From the NCBI GenBank assembly GCA_965153285.1, contig OZ229110.1: DNA of 64,000 nt; one strand, written 5' to 3'. Shown piece after piece: positions 25,226 to 38,781 of this stretch. This stretch comes from Podarcis tiliguerta. Taxonomy: Eukaryota. The translations under genes and the position numbers were made by a program. The notes under the pieces are model-generated. The model was not told the origin of the DNA and did not search any database. It saw nothing but the letters and a program-made list of their open reading frames with translations. Position 1 is the stretch's first letter; the number at the start of each line of letters is the position of its first letter.

Positions 25226-27515
25226 CTGCAAAAATAAACACCTTTGTTTGTTCAAGATACATTTCACAATGCATTTTACAAATCCAGACAAATTGAATGC
25301 ACAAAGCACGACTGGGAGAGGGAAATAATTGGGCCCGCAGGAGCAGAAGGACACCTCTGAGGGCCTGTCACTGGCAGTTTTATGAGCTGTATAAAGGGAA
25401 TTTGTGCCTCAGAGAACCTGAAGTCCTAATGATTGCTCTCTAAGAAATTGGCTGTGTTCTTCCAAGTGTTAGCTTAGGGGCTAGAAACTTGTTTTTAGAG
25501 TTTTTTGGAAACTAATAGTAAAATAGCTGCTTGGACTAAATCACCTTTGTTCATCCGGATGTAAGAGCAGCTGCTATGACTTCAGACACCCCTTATTGCT
25601 ATCATAATTCTACTGCTACTTCTCCCTTAAAAACGATTAAATGTTTTATATGCATGTAATTTTGCTTTCAATTAGACCCTGTTTAGAAACATAAGACAAA
25701 AAATCAAGCCACTTTTCTGCAAAGCCCAGGCCCCTTCTGGAGTTAATGTTTTCAGGTGATATTGCTCTGAAAAGAGAATGGAAGGGGAAACCATGACTAA
25801 GCTCTCCAATGTAACCCTTGGGAGCAGGGGGAAAGTGCCCTTTGCAGAGCCATTAAGTGCTATTTAAAATTTTATCAAAGGTCTGTGGTCAGGAAAGGAC
25901 TGTGGTCGGGAAATGAAGCAAAGAAGAGCTCTTGTCTGCCAGTTTTAGAGCAGCAGTTTTAGCAAAAGCAACAATACACTTCTCTACACTGTAGCTCCTC
26001 TGCTTTGTGCTTTTGATTGACAAGGATTCAATTTATTTGGTATCTGCTCTCTTACACTACGGCCAGTTGTTCAACTTGCATCAAAGACCTTCCCAAGGCT
26101 GAAAAGCCTGTTTCCAGGGTTTTTTCGTTCAGGCTTTTTAAAGGAGTGTAAAAAGGGAAGTCAATTCACATGCCTTCTCTACACCTCTCATCTCTTCCTG
26201 GCCTGAGAAGCCTTATTGACCCCAAGCCAGCACTACCAGAGGAATCAGGCTATTCATTTATCATACATCTGAACAATTCCATCCTAGCTGAGTCTAACAA
26301 CCCCACATACTACTGGAAGCAATGGCAGAATGGCCACAGCATGCAAGAACTGGCTTGGAATCTTGCAATATTTTGTTTTAGACTAGGAGTGAGGACTCAA
26401 CAAAAAGGGACACCCAGTTGTTGTTGCTTCTGTGTGTTTGTTTGTTTGTTTGTTTGTTTAGTTATCAGCATGTTTGTCAAAATTAATTTGTTTGTCTCAG
26501 ATAACACTGATATGTTCAAACCTAAAAATATAATAAGCCCAGTGTAAATTCATGTACAGTGCTATACTGAAGGCACTTTATCCCTACCAGGCTCATGATC
26601 CTTTTTTGGCTTTAAATGTGTCTGTTTTAATGTTTTCACTCACACTGGAAGTAACAGAGTACTCAAGAGTGTGACTAATTTTTTTGCCCACTTTGCAGGG
26701 CCAGGAGAATTCTGCATCCTAGCTGCTTCCAAGGGCCTCCTCTGGGGCCCTACCAACATTATAGCTCTGATATCAGTTGGGCTAGGCTTAGGAGATACTT
26801 GCAGCAGTGAGGAGGCATGCTCCAAAACCACCAACACCCCTCAAATGTTGGGGTTCTGAGTCTCTGCTGTCAGATGGATAGATCTTGCCTATTCTATGGC
26901 CCCAAGACATCCTCTCAGGAATTTTAGGACTGCACCCATAATCCATTCTCTCAACACTTCCCTATTGATAGTATTTGCTGCACCAAAAGAAGCCAAAACA
27001 GGATTCCCTTATATTTGTTCTAAGCTGTGCCAAGCAGACCTGTCAAAGGGTGAGCATTTGTAGTGATGGAAATGGACAGAAGAGCAGGCCAACTCAGCCA
27101 GCAGAAGGAAACAGTGATGACCAAATTCTTAGTTAATATAAATAGCCTTTTCTATCCTTGTGGTATCATAAATTTGATGCTCATTGCTAACTTTATCAAA
27201 CCATGCTGCTTTTCAAAGTGATGCAACTTAAACCACACAAAACATCCTTTATCCACAACACCAACTCTCCAATGCTTTCTGTATAATTCTGTGCAGGTCA
27301 GCTGCTGGTTAAACCAGCTGCCTTCAAGTCATCATTGCCATAGTGAAAGCTCTTTAAAGATGGACATTCCACAACTTTGGTCTTGCCTAAGGCAAGAGAA
27401 GTCACCTCTACTTCCAGAGGCACAGAGGCTTCCCTCTCAGAGAAACTGCTGGATGTTGCCTTGCTATGTAGCATCTGAAATAGATGGCCTGTACATAGAG
27501 GACAGGGAAATACTA

Positions 27516-27635
<120 letters not shown>

Positions 27636-27865
27636 CTACAAAAAGCCAAGAACAGATAGATCAACCCACTGGCTTTTTTAGAGACCTGAATTTTGTGGCT
27701 CTGGGAAGGCCTGCAGAAGCAGACATACACCAAGACAAATTGCAGCCCACCAGGCCCTGCCAAGGCCTTGATAATAATAAAAATAAACAGTTCCCAGCAG
27801 GCAGCAAAACTAGGAAACTCCTGATAAACCACTATACATGGCTGTTGGGAGTGTTTGGTCTGGAG

Positions 27866-28000
27866 CAGGGGTCGGCAAGATTTACCGGCCATGGGCTGGA
27901 TCACTCCCACAGAGATCATCCATGGGCTGGAGTGGCACAGCACGACACTGGAAATCGCATCTGCGCATGCCCAGACACCGAAAATCGCACCTGCGCACAA
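27866..28000. mobile_element. hAT-like end fragment with an internal direct repeat of about 30 bp
   Basis: caggggtcggcaa terminus; gacactggaaatcgcatctgcgca / gacaccgaaaatcgcacctgcgca. Confidence 0.55.
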
Positions 28001-28384
28001 GTGATTTCCAGTGGAGTATGTCCCATTGAAGCCAATGGACTTATTTCTGAATAGGCAAGCATAGGCTGCATTGCTAGGATTTGTATTCACAAACTGAGTT
28101 TATGGAAACATACTTGACTGTCTATGAAAACACCTCTACCTATGCTTTATAGAACATTTTATTTTTACAGAAAGACATAGCAATACACAAATTTAGCATT
28201 ATTGCATTTGTTCATCACTTTTCTTACACAGTAGCACGAAGTGACTTACATTAAATTCAGTTAAGAACAACAACAACAAAAAAACACCTCAAAACACAGC
28301 AATGCAAATAAACAGCTAAAAATATTGCTAAACGAAAAAGCAAGACCACGGATCTTGCCCCCACGAAACACAGATTTTACCTAC

Positions 28385-28510
28385 CTTCATCAAAATGCTT
28401 ATGGCACAAGCCATGCCAACTGCACCAACCCCAACCACTGTGATCTTGTTGTGGGCATGAGGGTGTTCCTCTTTGTGAACATTTTCAATCAGCTTTTCCT
28501 TGAGAGACAT
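28385..28510 (-). CDS. LDHA: LDHA first coding exon (exon begins at 28519)
   Basis: [42 protein letters not shown] with Rossmann GVGAVG; the seven coding exons total 999 nt = 332 aa. Confidence 0.98.
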
Positions 28511-31015
28511 CTTGTAGCTCTGTGGGAGGAAACATAAGAATACAATCAACTAATTTTCATCACTTGTTGAATTGTGCTGTGATGATAAGTTAACACAGTC
28601 CATTTCAAGTATGGATTCCATCACTAAGATACACACACCACAGAGTTTACTCTGCAAATTTGCAAGAACCTTGATTTTGCTTGAATTGCTATTGCAGTAC
28701 TTGAATTTTAGCAGATTCTTCTGTTTTCACAATGGGAACAAAGTCATGAGTAAATTGCCCATTGATTTACATGGGATCAAAGTTCAATCGACAAATTTTA
28801 GTGTGGATCCAAACCACGGTTGGCACATATGTATCATTCCCCCCCCCCAAATACACATTAGAAAATTTGGCAGGGTCATTGCAGGTGAGAGACAGAGGTT
28901 TTCAAGAAGTGGAATGCTAATGTACACAGTCAACACAAAACCACACAGTATCTTATCAAAGGATCTTGCAAGCTCAGTGCATTGTGCAACAAAATATCTT
29001 GTCAGTTTGATCAGTATGCTTTCAGGCACAAAGTCTACCCAGGGTGTGATTGAGAACTAAGAGATGTGACTGACTCACTCACTCGGAAGTAGTGAAATGC
29101 TTTTTCTTTTTGTTCTATATGCTTGTCTCAAAGTTTTTATTTTGTTTTGTTTAATGTTAAAAGCTGTCTTGGGAGAGAACAGCATATAAAAAACATAAAA
29201 TATTATGCTTTATTCTGACCACAACAACTCTGGAAATGGTGTAGGGGACAAGAAAACTGGCAGCATGGCAGGTGGAAATCCCCAGGAGGCCAAAGGTTGA
29301 TTCTGGACATCACATTGAGCCAGAGTCCAGAGCTACAAGCTACTAGCAAGTCAGGAAAATAAAAAAATTGGGTAGTACCAACAAGAGGTAGGGGTGCATG
29401 CCTGCCAATGCAAGAGCACAAAAGTGAAAATAAAGGGGTCAATATAGCAGATTAGTGGTCAGTGTTGCAGGAATGAAGGGGCATTTCATGATGTTAAACT
29501 TTGGAATTAAGAGTGTCAGGCAGTTCTGAATCAAAATCAGCAACAAGCCATTGCCATCTCAATTTAAAGTTGGTCAACCAAACTGGGGGAGGGAGTATGG
29601 CGCAAGCAATGTGTAATGTAGTGGCATAAAGGCACATCTGCTTGGTGGGAGAAGGCTGGTGAAGAGGAGGAAGGATGCCCAACAGGACCGAGGAGGGAGG
29701 GCACATTAAAGGGATATATTGGTGGGCAGAGTTTGAGAGAAGAATGTGGAATGTAGATTCTGGAACACTGACAGCAAGGAGCTAGGATGACACATCTCAG
29801 AACCAGTCCTTAAAAGATGGGCTTCCAAAGCTCATGGGATAGTCAGCCATACACCTGTAGTCCAAAATTATGACAATCCCTGCATTCAAAGCTGCCCCAT
29901 GTAGAACAACTGCAAGGTGGGGGACGACCAAAAAGTCTGATCTCTCCTGGGTGCATCATTTCAGTGTCATCTGGTATGCAGCACTCTGCTCAGTTATGCT
30001 CTTTGCAGCAATGACGCTACTGCAAATGTGGAAATACTGAGCGTCCCTACTGAATATATTGAATCAGAATTACTGTAGGTCTTTTTGTTGCTACTATATG
30101 CAGCTGTTCATTTGGTGGTTAAAGAGCAAATCAAGGCAAGCACTCTGTCTCTCTCTCCACCGTGACCATCAGCACTCCAGTTTGGTGATCAGTAAGTATT
30201 TGGAGACATTCGTGACAATGAGCGAGTTTTGCAACAAAACAAAGCCACAACTTCTGAAGCAGTAGCAAGTGAATGACCTAGAAACTTCCCCATAGACTAA
30301 AAACACCTGCTTATTAGTTGCAAATAATAGTGTGAATTAACAACAGTGCAGTTCAGAGTGAGGCACAAGCAAGATTCATATGCAGTACGTACATTAAGCT
30401 CCACATCGTTCCAATGAAATTCAGCAAGCAAAATGGAAACCCAATTCCACTGCCCTGTAGGGGCCAAGGTCACAAGGGCACATTCTGACATGAAAGGGCT
30501 CTGGTATGTAGATGGTATCTGATGAGAAGCTGAATTCAAAGGGAATCTGCATGTGTGATGCTAGGAAAGCCATGGGGGGTTAACATGCACCTAGATTTAC
30601 AAAATCCAACATGTTGGAAGAAGGAAGGGGAAATCTGGTAAATCGTGTTCCTGTAACCAAACACAGGACAAAAAGCGGAATATTATTAGAACCTGGAACC
30701 AGTGGTCCACTTCTGGAGTCATTTAAAGAAGTATCATACCTCTTTAAGCAATCATGGCTTCCCCCAAAGAATCATAGGAACCATAGTTTGAGTTCTGAGA
30801 GTTCCCTTCACTCTGGGAGTTGTGACTATGTGAGAATAGGGGTCTTCAAGCAACTCACAGCAGCCTTAACAAACTAGTTCCCTGAGTTATTTGAGATAAG
30901 GCATGACTGAAGTGGTATGATACTGCCTTTAAAGGTGAGATGAGGCCTTGAGTCCAATTCACAAAATCAAACTCTTACACTGAGAATGCACTGAACCATG
31001 TGCATCCACATGAGC

Positions 31016-31070
<55 letters not shown>
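31016..31070. repeat. Compound microsatellite (TG)n(GA)n in LDHA intron 1
   Basis: Directly visible. Confidence 0.95.
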
Positions 31071-31077
<7 letters not shown>

Positions 31078-33493
31078 TAAATTCACAACCTTGGTGCCAT
31101 CACCACAATGCTGCCAAATGCATTTTCAGTAACAGCGTGGTAAATACACACTTGTGTTACAAGCCATTTGGTTTGTGTGCTGGAACAACTACATCAACTT
31201 CCTGTGTGAACTGAGCCACTCCACATTCAAGCCTAATTTAGCCCCAACTGCTGGGTCTGTAGACATTAAGTTCTTCTGCCAGCTCCCTGCCTGGAACTAA
31301 CTGCACACAGTCATAGCCATGTACAGGATCAGCCTCGTTGTGCAGCCAAGAGTGCTGGGCTTTGACAGGGCTCAGATCTCAGCTTCTTAATGAAGCTAAT
31401 TGGCTGACCTTGCATCTCATTTTAACCTATTTCCATTGCAAGGAGCTCCCACTGAAAGGGCAAAATAAACAGGTAAGACAAACGAAAAAACACAGTGGGT
31501 GGGGAAGTTGGGAAGCATCATGGAAAAATGTGAGGAGGGTGGTCAGTGTTGCATATAGAAAATGATGTTCTACTGGGCAAAAGCTGCATTCCACTCTGCA
31601 TGTGGCCCACTTCAGCATATGTAGTTTGGGCCCTATAGTTTGCATTCCTGCACAGTCCTAAGAATTACCCCTAATAAATCTGCAAGAATCTGGGGAGTCA
31701 CAACAAATTGAGGGAAAGGGCATTTCCCCCACAACACAATGCCTGGCTCCACCTATTCTCACTGAAGAGTGAAGTGATTCACTAACACAAGTTATCTTCT
31801 CTGGGATTCTTCCGGCATCCCTTAAACTAGGTAGCAATTCTGTTAACCAGGAAGGGTATTAAGCCTTGGGATGTAGACAGATTTCAGGCTTAGCGGATAT
31901 ACTTAAAACACACACACACAAAAAATACCAAAATATAATCAGCCAAAGCCCATGCAGGAGCAAGTTATAATTAAAAAAAACCAAGGTGTCTAGAATTTGG
32001 TGTTCTGAACCAAAACTGAACTCACAGTACTTGAACTCTAAGCTATTTTAAGTGGGGAGAAGCAGTCTCGTTAGGGCAGCCTGAAACCCTCGGCGATCTA
32101 ACGCAGATCCGTCAGAGATCAGCAGATCCAGATCTACCTTCCTCCCACCCCTACATAAGCGGCACTATATTCCTAAGGGGGTCACCGACTGCGATCGCAT
32201 CCAGCTACTGCCGAGATGAACTACCGCTTTATGCCCCTCCCAATTAAATTTCCGGGAAGCGGGCCATGTGAGGCACCGAGTCCAGTGCTGACCAGTTTTC
32301 CCGGTGCAAGATATTCAATGGTCGGGCAGGGGGGAGATGCAGGCGGGGAATGGAGAGAACCGTCCACACTTCCTCCTCCGTGCGAGTCGAATGCAATCAG
32401 GTTGATTTAGTTGCCAGCGATAAAAGGCAAGGAGGAATCCCGGCTCAAAGAACTACGCGAGCCAGAGACAGAATACCACCGCGATCTTCGCCTGGGGGTT
32501 GATAGGGCGGTGCTAGTCCCGCTCCCGGGAGGAAATAAAGGAGCTAAGAAGGTGCAACAGCCTGAGCAATAACTCTGCTGCGCTTGAGCTGCAAACCTCA
32601 CCATGGACTAGCGACTTAGACGTTCCAGTGGCCCCAAAGCGCAACCTTCCCCGGACATCCCCCTCCCTTTTTTAATTTCCTCCCGGCAGTGCGATGACCC
32701 AGCGGTTTTCGGAAACCACGTTTTCCCTCCTCTCTGTAGCGGATATTGCAGAACCGAGGGCGGAGGCGGCAAGGAAATACGACGCGTCCACAGGTCCTCG
32801 CAAAGTAACTCCGCTCTCCTCACCAGCACAGTCATCTCTCCACCCCAACACACCCAAAGCCTCGGGGCATTGGAAATCCAGTTAAAAATTCCATACCTAA
32901 AGCAGCTCGAATTTATTGAGGGTCCAGGGGTCGGCGTTTTCCGTTCCAAAGTGGACTCTCTGACCTGTACAGAGCATCCCTTTCTGCAGCCGCCTCCCTC
33001 CACCCCTCGCGTTACATAAGGACCAGTGGGCCAAAGAAGGGTCCACAACAGCCTGCTTCTCTCCCCACCCCGGGCACTTCCTACAAAACCATTTCAGAAG
33101 GGCACGGGGGAGGCGGGGAGAGATTCCTATTTCCTCCTCTCACACCTTCTCACGGGTAGCCAACGTGGTGCCCTCCAAACGCACAACTCTCGCATCAGCC
33201 CAAGCTGGCGTGGCCAACAGCCTGGGATGCTGGGAGATGTGGTCCCACAACGTCCGGAGTTACCTTACCCCGACCTAGAGGGGTAGTTTTCTACGGACTC
33301 TGCCTCTCCTTCCTTGCGCGCCCAACGCCCGGTCTCTTAGCTCCGCTTTGGAGGATCTCCTTCTACCCATCCAGCAGGGGAAAGTCCTCTTTGGACGGCT
33401 TGCTTTACCCCGAGGGTGCAAGTGGCGAAAGGTGGCGCGGGGCTCTTTGCACGCCTCGCCCAGCCCGCCTCGTTCCCACGAGCGCTTCCTTAC

Positions 33494-33555
33494 CTGGGTA
33501 AGTCTAGCAAAGCGTGCGCGCAACGACCGGGCCCTCTGATTGCCGCTGCAGTACC
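33494..33555 (-). other. LDHA: LDHA non-coding exon 1 (5' end approximate)
   Basis: CAG|gtaagg donor with intron starting at 33493; TATA-like CTACTTAAG about 30 nt upstream of the inferred start; inside the CpG island. Confidence 0.7.
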
Positions 33556-33579
33556 GCGAGGCGGGGGGAGGCGGCGGGC

Positions 33580-33785
33580 GCTTAAGTAGGAATCCCGCGC
33601 GTGACGTCGGAGGGGGCGGTCGCCGCCGCTTGTCTGGCGGGGTTGGCCACCGCGGGACGTGCCGGCCCACACGTCGAGGGGAGCCGGGCTTCGGCGGCGG
33701 CGCGGTTCTGACTCAGGCCGGCGCAGTCACTCCGCTGCGCACAGGCGCGAAGAGTTAGGCTCCCTGGGGATCGAAGCACGTGGCG
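33580..33785 (-). promoter_or_regulatory. LDHA core promoter: TATA-like CTTAAG, CRE-like site, GC box, paired HREs, AP-1 site, E-box
   Basis: cttaag 33581-33586; TGACGTC 33602-33608; GGGGCGG near 33613; ACGTG 33657-33661 and CACGT 33670-33674; TGACTCA 33709-33715; CACGTG 33777-33782. Confidence 0.8.
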
Positions 33786-34769
33786 TCCCTACTCGCTTCC
33801 TCCCGGTCAGGTCAGAGGCCGGGAAATCCGACGGAGGAAGGAAAAACCCGGCGACATGATGGCCGGAGCGGATGCGGGTGGCGGCCCCAAACAGGCTGGA
33901 GGGCACCCAGGTCTCAGAAAGGCTGCGAGAGCGCACACAGAAGGGGCCTGCAAAACCATCAGCCCGATGCCCTGCGGCCAGTGGCGTAGCGTGGGGGGTG
34001 TAGGGGGTGCCGGCCGCAACATCTGGGGGGCGGGCGCTCGCACTCGCAGCTCTCTGCCCGTACCTGGCTCCACGGATTAGGGGGCGCAAATTACTTGCCT
34101 TGCCCAGGGTGCTGACGACCCACGCTACGCCACTGCCTGCGGCACAAGGCCGGAGAACCAGTGTTGCGGAGCCACTGCGGTCAACTCACAACATGGATGC
34201 CACTTTTTAGCTTTTGTAGGAAGAGCAGCCGGTCGACTAGCATTGCTGGTGTGGAGAGGCAATCCAGCAGCAAAGCAATTGGTTTTTGTGCCTCTGGGCG
34301 CCTCAGTGGGGACACTGGGCTGGTGGTGCTGCTGCCCGCAGAGAAAACACAAGCAACGGCCTCTGGCCTCTGGCCTCTGCCCACCGTCACTTTCCTCCTC
34401 TCTCTGGGCAGTGCAGCAAAGAGTGAGCAAAGAGCATAGAAGGAGCAGCTGCCCTCATCCTGTCACTTCCTGGTCTGAGTTGGCCCTCTGTTTGCACAGT
34501 GGTGGAGGCTCCCAATCCTCCCAGAGGGAGAGAGAATGAGGAGAAGGCATGAGTGCTCACCTTCGGCCCTGCCTCTGCAGAAGGTTTTGAGCAAGTGATG
34601 GTTGCCGCAGCTCATTTCTGAGATGCCCTCTGCCTCTGCAGGCACTTCCTGCTCATGTAGGCAGTACAGAGGGAGGAGGAGGCCAAGCAAGGAAGCAGGT
34701 GGCCAGTGACTGTAGGCAGCTCACAGACTGAGTCAGAAGATCAGCCTCTCTAGTATTCTGGCCTGGCAG

Positions 34770-34890
34770 CAAAGCGTCTGTTTTGCAGGCAAAAGGTCCT
34801 AGGTTCAGTTCTGAGCATCTCCAGGTAGGGCTGGGAACAACCCCTGCCTGAAACCTTGGAGAGCTGTTGCCAATCATATAAGACAGTTGT
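34770..34890 (+). mobile_element. Squamate tRNA-derived SINE fragment (Squam3-like); inverted related pieces near 34950-35020 and 24160-24255
   Basis: aaggtcctaggttcagtt...catctccaggtagggctggga...ctgcctgaaaccttggagagctg. Confidence 0.6.
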
Positions 34891-35477
34891 GTTTTTTTGT
34901 CCCTAGCCCAGTGTTGTTAAAGACTGACTAGCAAGTTTCAGACCACAGGCTTTTCCAGCCCTGCTGGGGATTGAACCTGAGACCTCCTGACTGTGGCACT
35001 CTGCTACTGAGCTATAGTCACTGCCCATTAGAGGAGTAAGCCATCACCTACGCCTGAGTCATATAGCACAGAGAACTAGAGCTCATTTGGCCCCAATTCC
35101 CCACCCAGAGAGAAAGACTGAATAATTGGCTGTTTCTCCATTACCAGCTCTTTATCACCCAGAGATAAAGGCGTGTGTGTGAGTGAGTGAGAGAGAGAGA
35201 AAATAAATGACTACCTACTGTACTTTTTCTCCTGTTCTCTGTTCACTGTCTCCATGCTAAGCAGCAGATTTCAGAGCAATGATGCGGTGGAGAATGTTTC
35301 CAGGAAGGCTTAGTTCTGGGTCTCTTCTCCCTTTTCCAGCCTCAGCTGCTGCAGGGCAGGTTACAATGCACTGTTTGATCATCTCTCCTCCCCAGCAACA
35401 GCTGCTGATCAGCTACTTTAGCCCTCAAAATAAAAGGGGCAACGATGCTGATACAAAACCCCACACATACACTAAGG

Positions 35478-35660
35478 CAGGCATGTCCAAAGTCTGTTTT
35501 GGGGGCCTAATCCAGCCTGCTGGTCGATTTAATCCGGCCCCTGTGGTAGTATATGCCATGGGGTAAAATTGTAAAAAAAAACTTAACAACTTTGGTCGGC
35601 TCTCACACATGTTCATTTCATCAAATCTGGCCCTCTTTGAAAAAAGTTTGGGTACTCCTG
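35478..35660. mobile_element. Non-autonomous hAT DNA transposon
   Basis: TIRs caggcatgtccaaa / tttgggtactcctg; perfect 8-bp TSD cactaagg on both sides. Confidence 0.85.
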
Positions 35661-35739
35661 CACTAAGGGGAATAGAAGCATTGCTACCCCACTCCACCCC
35701 CACTTACCATTCCCCCTCCACCTCTTTCCCCCTTTTCTT

Positions 35740-35875
35740 CCTAATGTAACGCTAATGTATCACAACAAATGAAACTGATCTGCAGAAAACGTAACTTGAA
35801 AAAGAGACATTGCACATACTTTTGTAAACCAATAAATCTTTAATAAAAATACATTTAAAAAATAAAAAGTAAAAT
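35740..35875 (+). mobile_element. Probable retroelement 3' tail
   Basis: Two AATAAA signals followed by an A-rich tail in intergenic DNA. Confidence 0.4.
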
Positions 35876-37119
35876 AAAAGGGGCAACCAGCATTGAGCAT
35901 ACCCCCCCAAAATGACATTTGACCCCAAGTTGCCATCCTGTACACAAGACACTTATTGGCAAGTAATCCCCACTGAACAAATTTACTTTCAAGAAAGCAT
36001 GCACAGGACTGGGCTGTCAAGTTAACATAAATGCATGCAGCTGGATCCTAAGCATATGTTTATTTAGAGGGACATTCCACTGAGTTGGATGGTTGGCACT
36101 AACTCCTCAATCTGTGTGCTTAAGGATATCACAAACAGAACATCCCTTCAACTTGCAGACATGGAGAACAAAATGTAAACAGTGGGAAAAAGAACCCTAT
36201 TATGTAACATCTGATCACTTATCATATGGGATGAATATCATCAGCAGGTTGAGTTTTGCTAACATCACCAATTGCTGCAGTGATTTACAGTCTAGACCCC
36301 ACTCCCAAAAGATACTTTGAATGATATAAAATATAATTCCTACACATGCATGACTCTAGTATACAACATGAAGTGAAATCCATAGGAGGAAGTTATAAAG
36401 TTTATTAATGGTTAAATATCACTCCGGTTTGAATATTTACAGACAGTAGACTAGGCTATTGAAGGGAAAAATAGTAACAGTATCCGACAGCATTATTTAT
36501 TGGAATAAAAATTACATACTTCCACCTATGTTTTTTAAAAAACACATGAATTTAATGGTGAGCAGGGTGGGTAGATTGAGAACTGCTGGTAGAGCTATAA
36601 TTAAAAAGAACCCTTTAAATAATAATTTTAGAAGCATATTATTATACAAGCAGACACTGGTAAAGCAGATTTTACATATTTCATATTTTTTATCCTCTGG
36701 GGCCAATAGGTTTATTGAATGTCCCTGTTGAAAACTATCTCATTTGCTGTGCAGTTGGTACTAATTGCAGGCGTAAACGTATGTTAAGTTGTGATCTCAG
36801 CGTGATCAGTGGATGCCCTACACTTATTGGAATCTACTAGTCTGTGTGCTGCTGATCTTTATTGCACTTTATTGCACCTACTCCACTGTTTGCACTCCAG
36901 ATTAGTTTGTACCTTTTCCTGGTATGGATATTTTTAAATGGTGGACTTCTTGCACAGTGCAGAGAGTGTGGGGAAAGCTTCTACAATCTGATTTTGCTTC
37001 AGGATGAGATAGGCCTTAACTTTACCACTAGAAGGATGGAACTTATCACAATAGCAGGTCTATATTCTCCTTAGCCAAACAGGCTACCCCATCTGAGCCT
37101 CAGCACCATAACACTAGAG

Positions 37120-37255
37120 CAGGCTTCCTCAACCTCGGCCCTCCAGATGTTTTGAGACTACAATTCCCATCATCCCTGACCATTGGTCCTGCTAGCTAGG
37201 GATCATGGGAGTCGTAGGCCAAAAGCATATGGGGGGCCGAGTTTGAGGAAGCCTT
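37120..37255. mobile_element. Palindromic MITE, family A
   Basis: TIRs caggcttcctcaa / ttgaggaagcct; same core; imperfect 8-bp TSD cactagag / cactacag. Confidence 0.8.
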
Positions 37256-38645
37256 TCACTACAGGCTTTGTTCCATTCATACTCAGAGAGGCTGGCAGTG
37301 TGTGAGAGAGAGGTGGGGCAGGCAGCTGCTGCACACCCCCTTTCTATTTCTTCATATCCTTTCAACCATTTCCTCTACTTTGAAAAATACTTTTCAGCAG
37401 CATTCTCAGTAAGCTTGCTTGAGGACATTTCATCTGGCTTGTAACCTCTGTAAGGGATCTTGGGCATATATGAGTTTCCCAAAATAGATTTTTGGAAGGT
37501 CATGTAAGGCTCTTTCTCTGCCCCCAGTATAAAAAGCTCTGGGGTTTTAACTTACATGGAGGGTCTTTTGTGGCTACTTCCTCTGCCGGAGCAATAATGT
37601 TGCAGTCGTGTACACATATATTTGAAGAATGGGATTTACTTTTGCGTTCCTGAGGGCTTAGCAGCAAATGGCACAAAAACCTACTTCTTTTAAAAAAGAG
37701 AGAAGAGGATGTTTTAATATTATTGCAAACAGCTTTGCATAATTACCTCCCCCACCCTATCCAGTGAACCTGTCCATCTGCTTTGCTGCTTCTTCAGTGA
37801 AAGAGAGAGAGAATTATATGGTAAGGTTATTAGGGTTGTTGGCTGGATTCTGGCACAGAGCCTTTAATGCTTAGGATGGGTCCAGAATCTCGTTGGAACT
37901 GAAAATCTGCATGCAGGTTATTCAAGGTTGCTGCTAACATCCACGTCCCTGGGAGCAATCGCATTTCTGTTTGTCATGCTGCCATCTCTGCTTCAGTATT
38001 GACATGAACTAGATATGAGTTACGATTTGGGACACATCCCTTATTCAGAGTGAAACAAACAAACACAGACAGACAAGATATATTATGCATTGTGATAGGA
38101 ATTTAGAGGTCTTAGCAACAGCATCTAGCCACATACACACAGAGACAGTATACACATAAAATTAACAATTGTAAGGGGCAGGTTTTAAAAAAATATTTCA
38201 GTCTGCTAAATTTGCTTTTCAGCATTTTCAGGGCAAGGGAGCACCCAGAAAGCTGTCTGTGGACAAACACCAGCTCCCTTGGCCTGAAAAGCAAGATGAG
38301 CACCACACCCCATAGTTGCCTTTGACTGGACTTAAGCATCCAGGGGTTCTTTACCTTTACCTTACCCTTTATTCCACTTGGCTAACAATATTATGTGTAC
38401 TCAGTTTCACAAAAGGAACACTATGTTGGCAGGAGCTGGAAAGTTAGGGCAAAATGAAGGGGGAGAAAGTGCTAAATTTGTGTAAAAATAGTGGTCACAT
38501 CCAGACCAAATAATGAAAAGCCTCCTTTTAGAAGCTCCAATAGAAATTTATCATAGTGTGAGGAAGGTGGACAAGCAGTTTTCCTTCCTCTCATAATACT
38601 AGAATCCAAAGCCATCCATTGATGCTGAATGTTGGAAGATTCAGC

Positions 38646-38781
38646 CAGTATTTCCCAAACTTGGGTCCCCAGCTGTTTTTGGACTACAACTCCCATCATC
38701 CCTAGCTAGCAGGACCAGTGGTCAGGGATGATGGGAATTGTAGTCCAAAAACATCTGGGGACCCAGGTTTGAGAAACATTG
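38646..38781. mobile_element. Palindromic MITE, family A
   Basis: cagtatttcccaaacttgggtccccag...ctggggacccaggtttgagaaacattg with the same core. Confidence 0.8.

Larger units (their letters stand above)
32050..34250. promoter_or_regulatory. CpG island over the LDHA 5' end
   Basis: Marked GC and CpG enrichment against CpG-depleted flanks. Confidence 0.85.

Noticed and set aside
32600-34540. Many overlapping ORFs of 60-146 aa
   Set aside because: Expected by-product of stop-codon scarcity in a CpG island; low-complexity Arg/Pro/Gly/Ala translations
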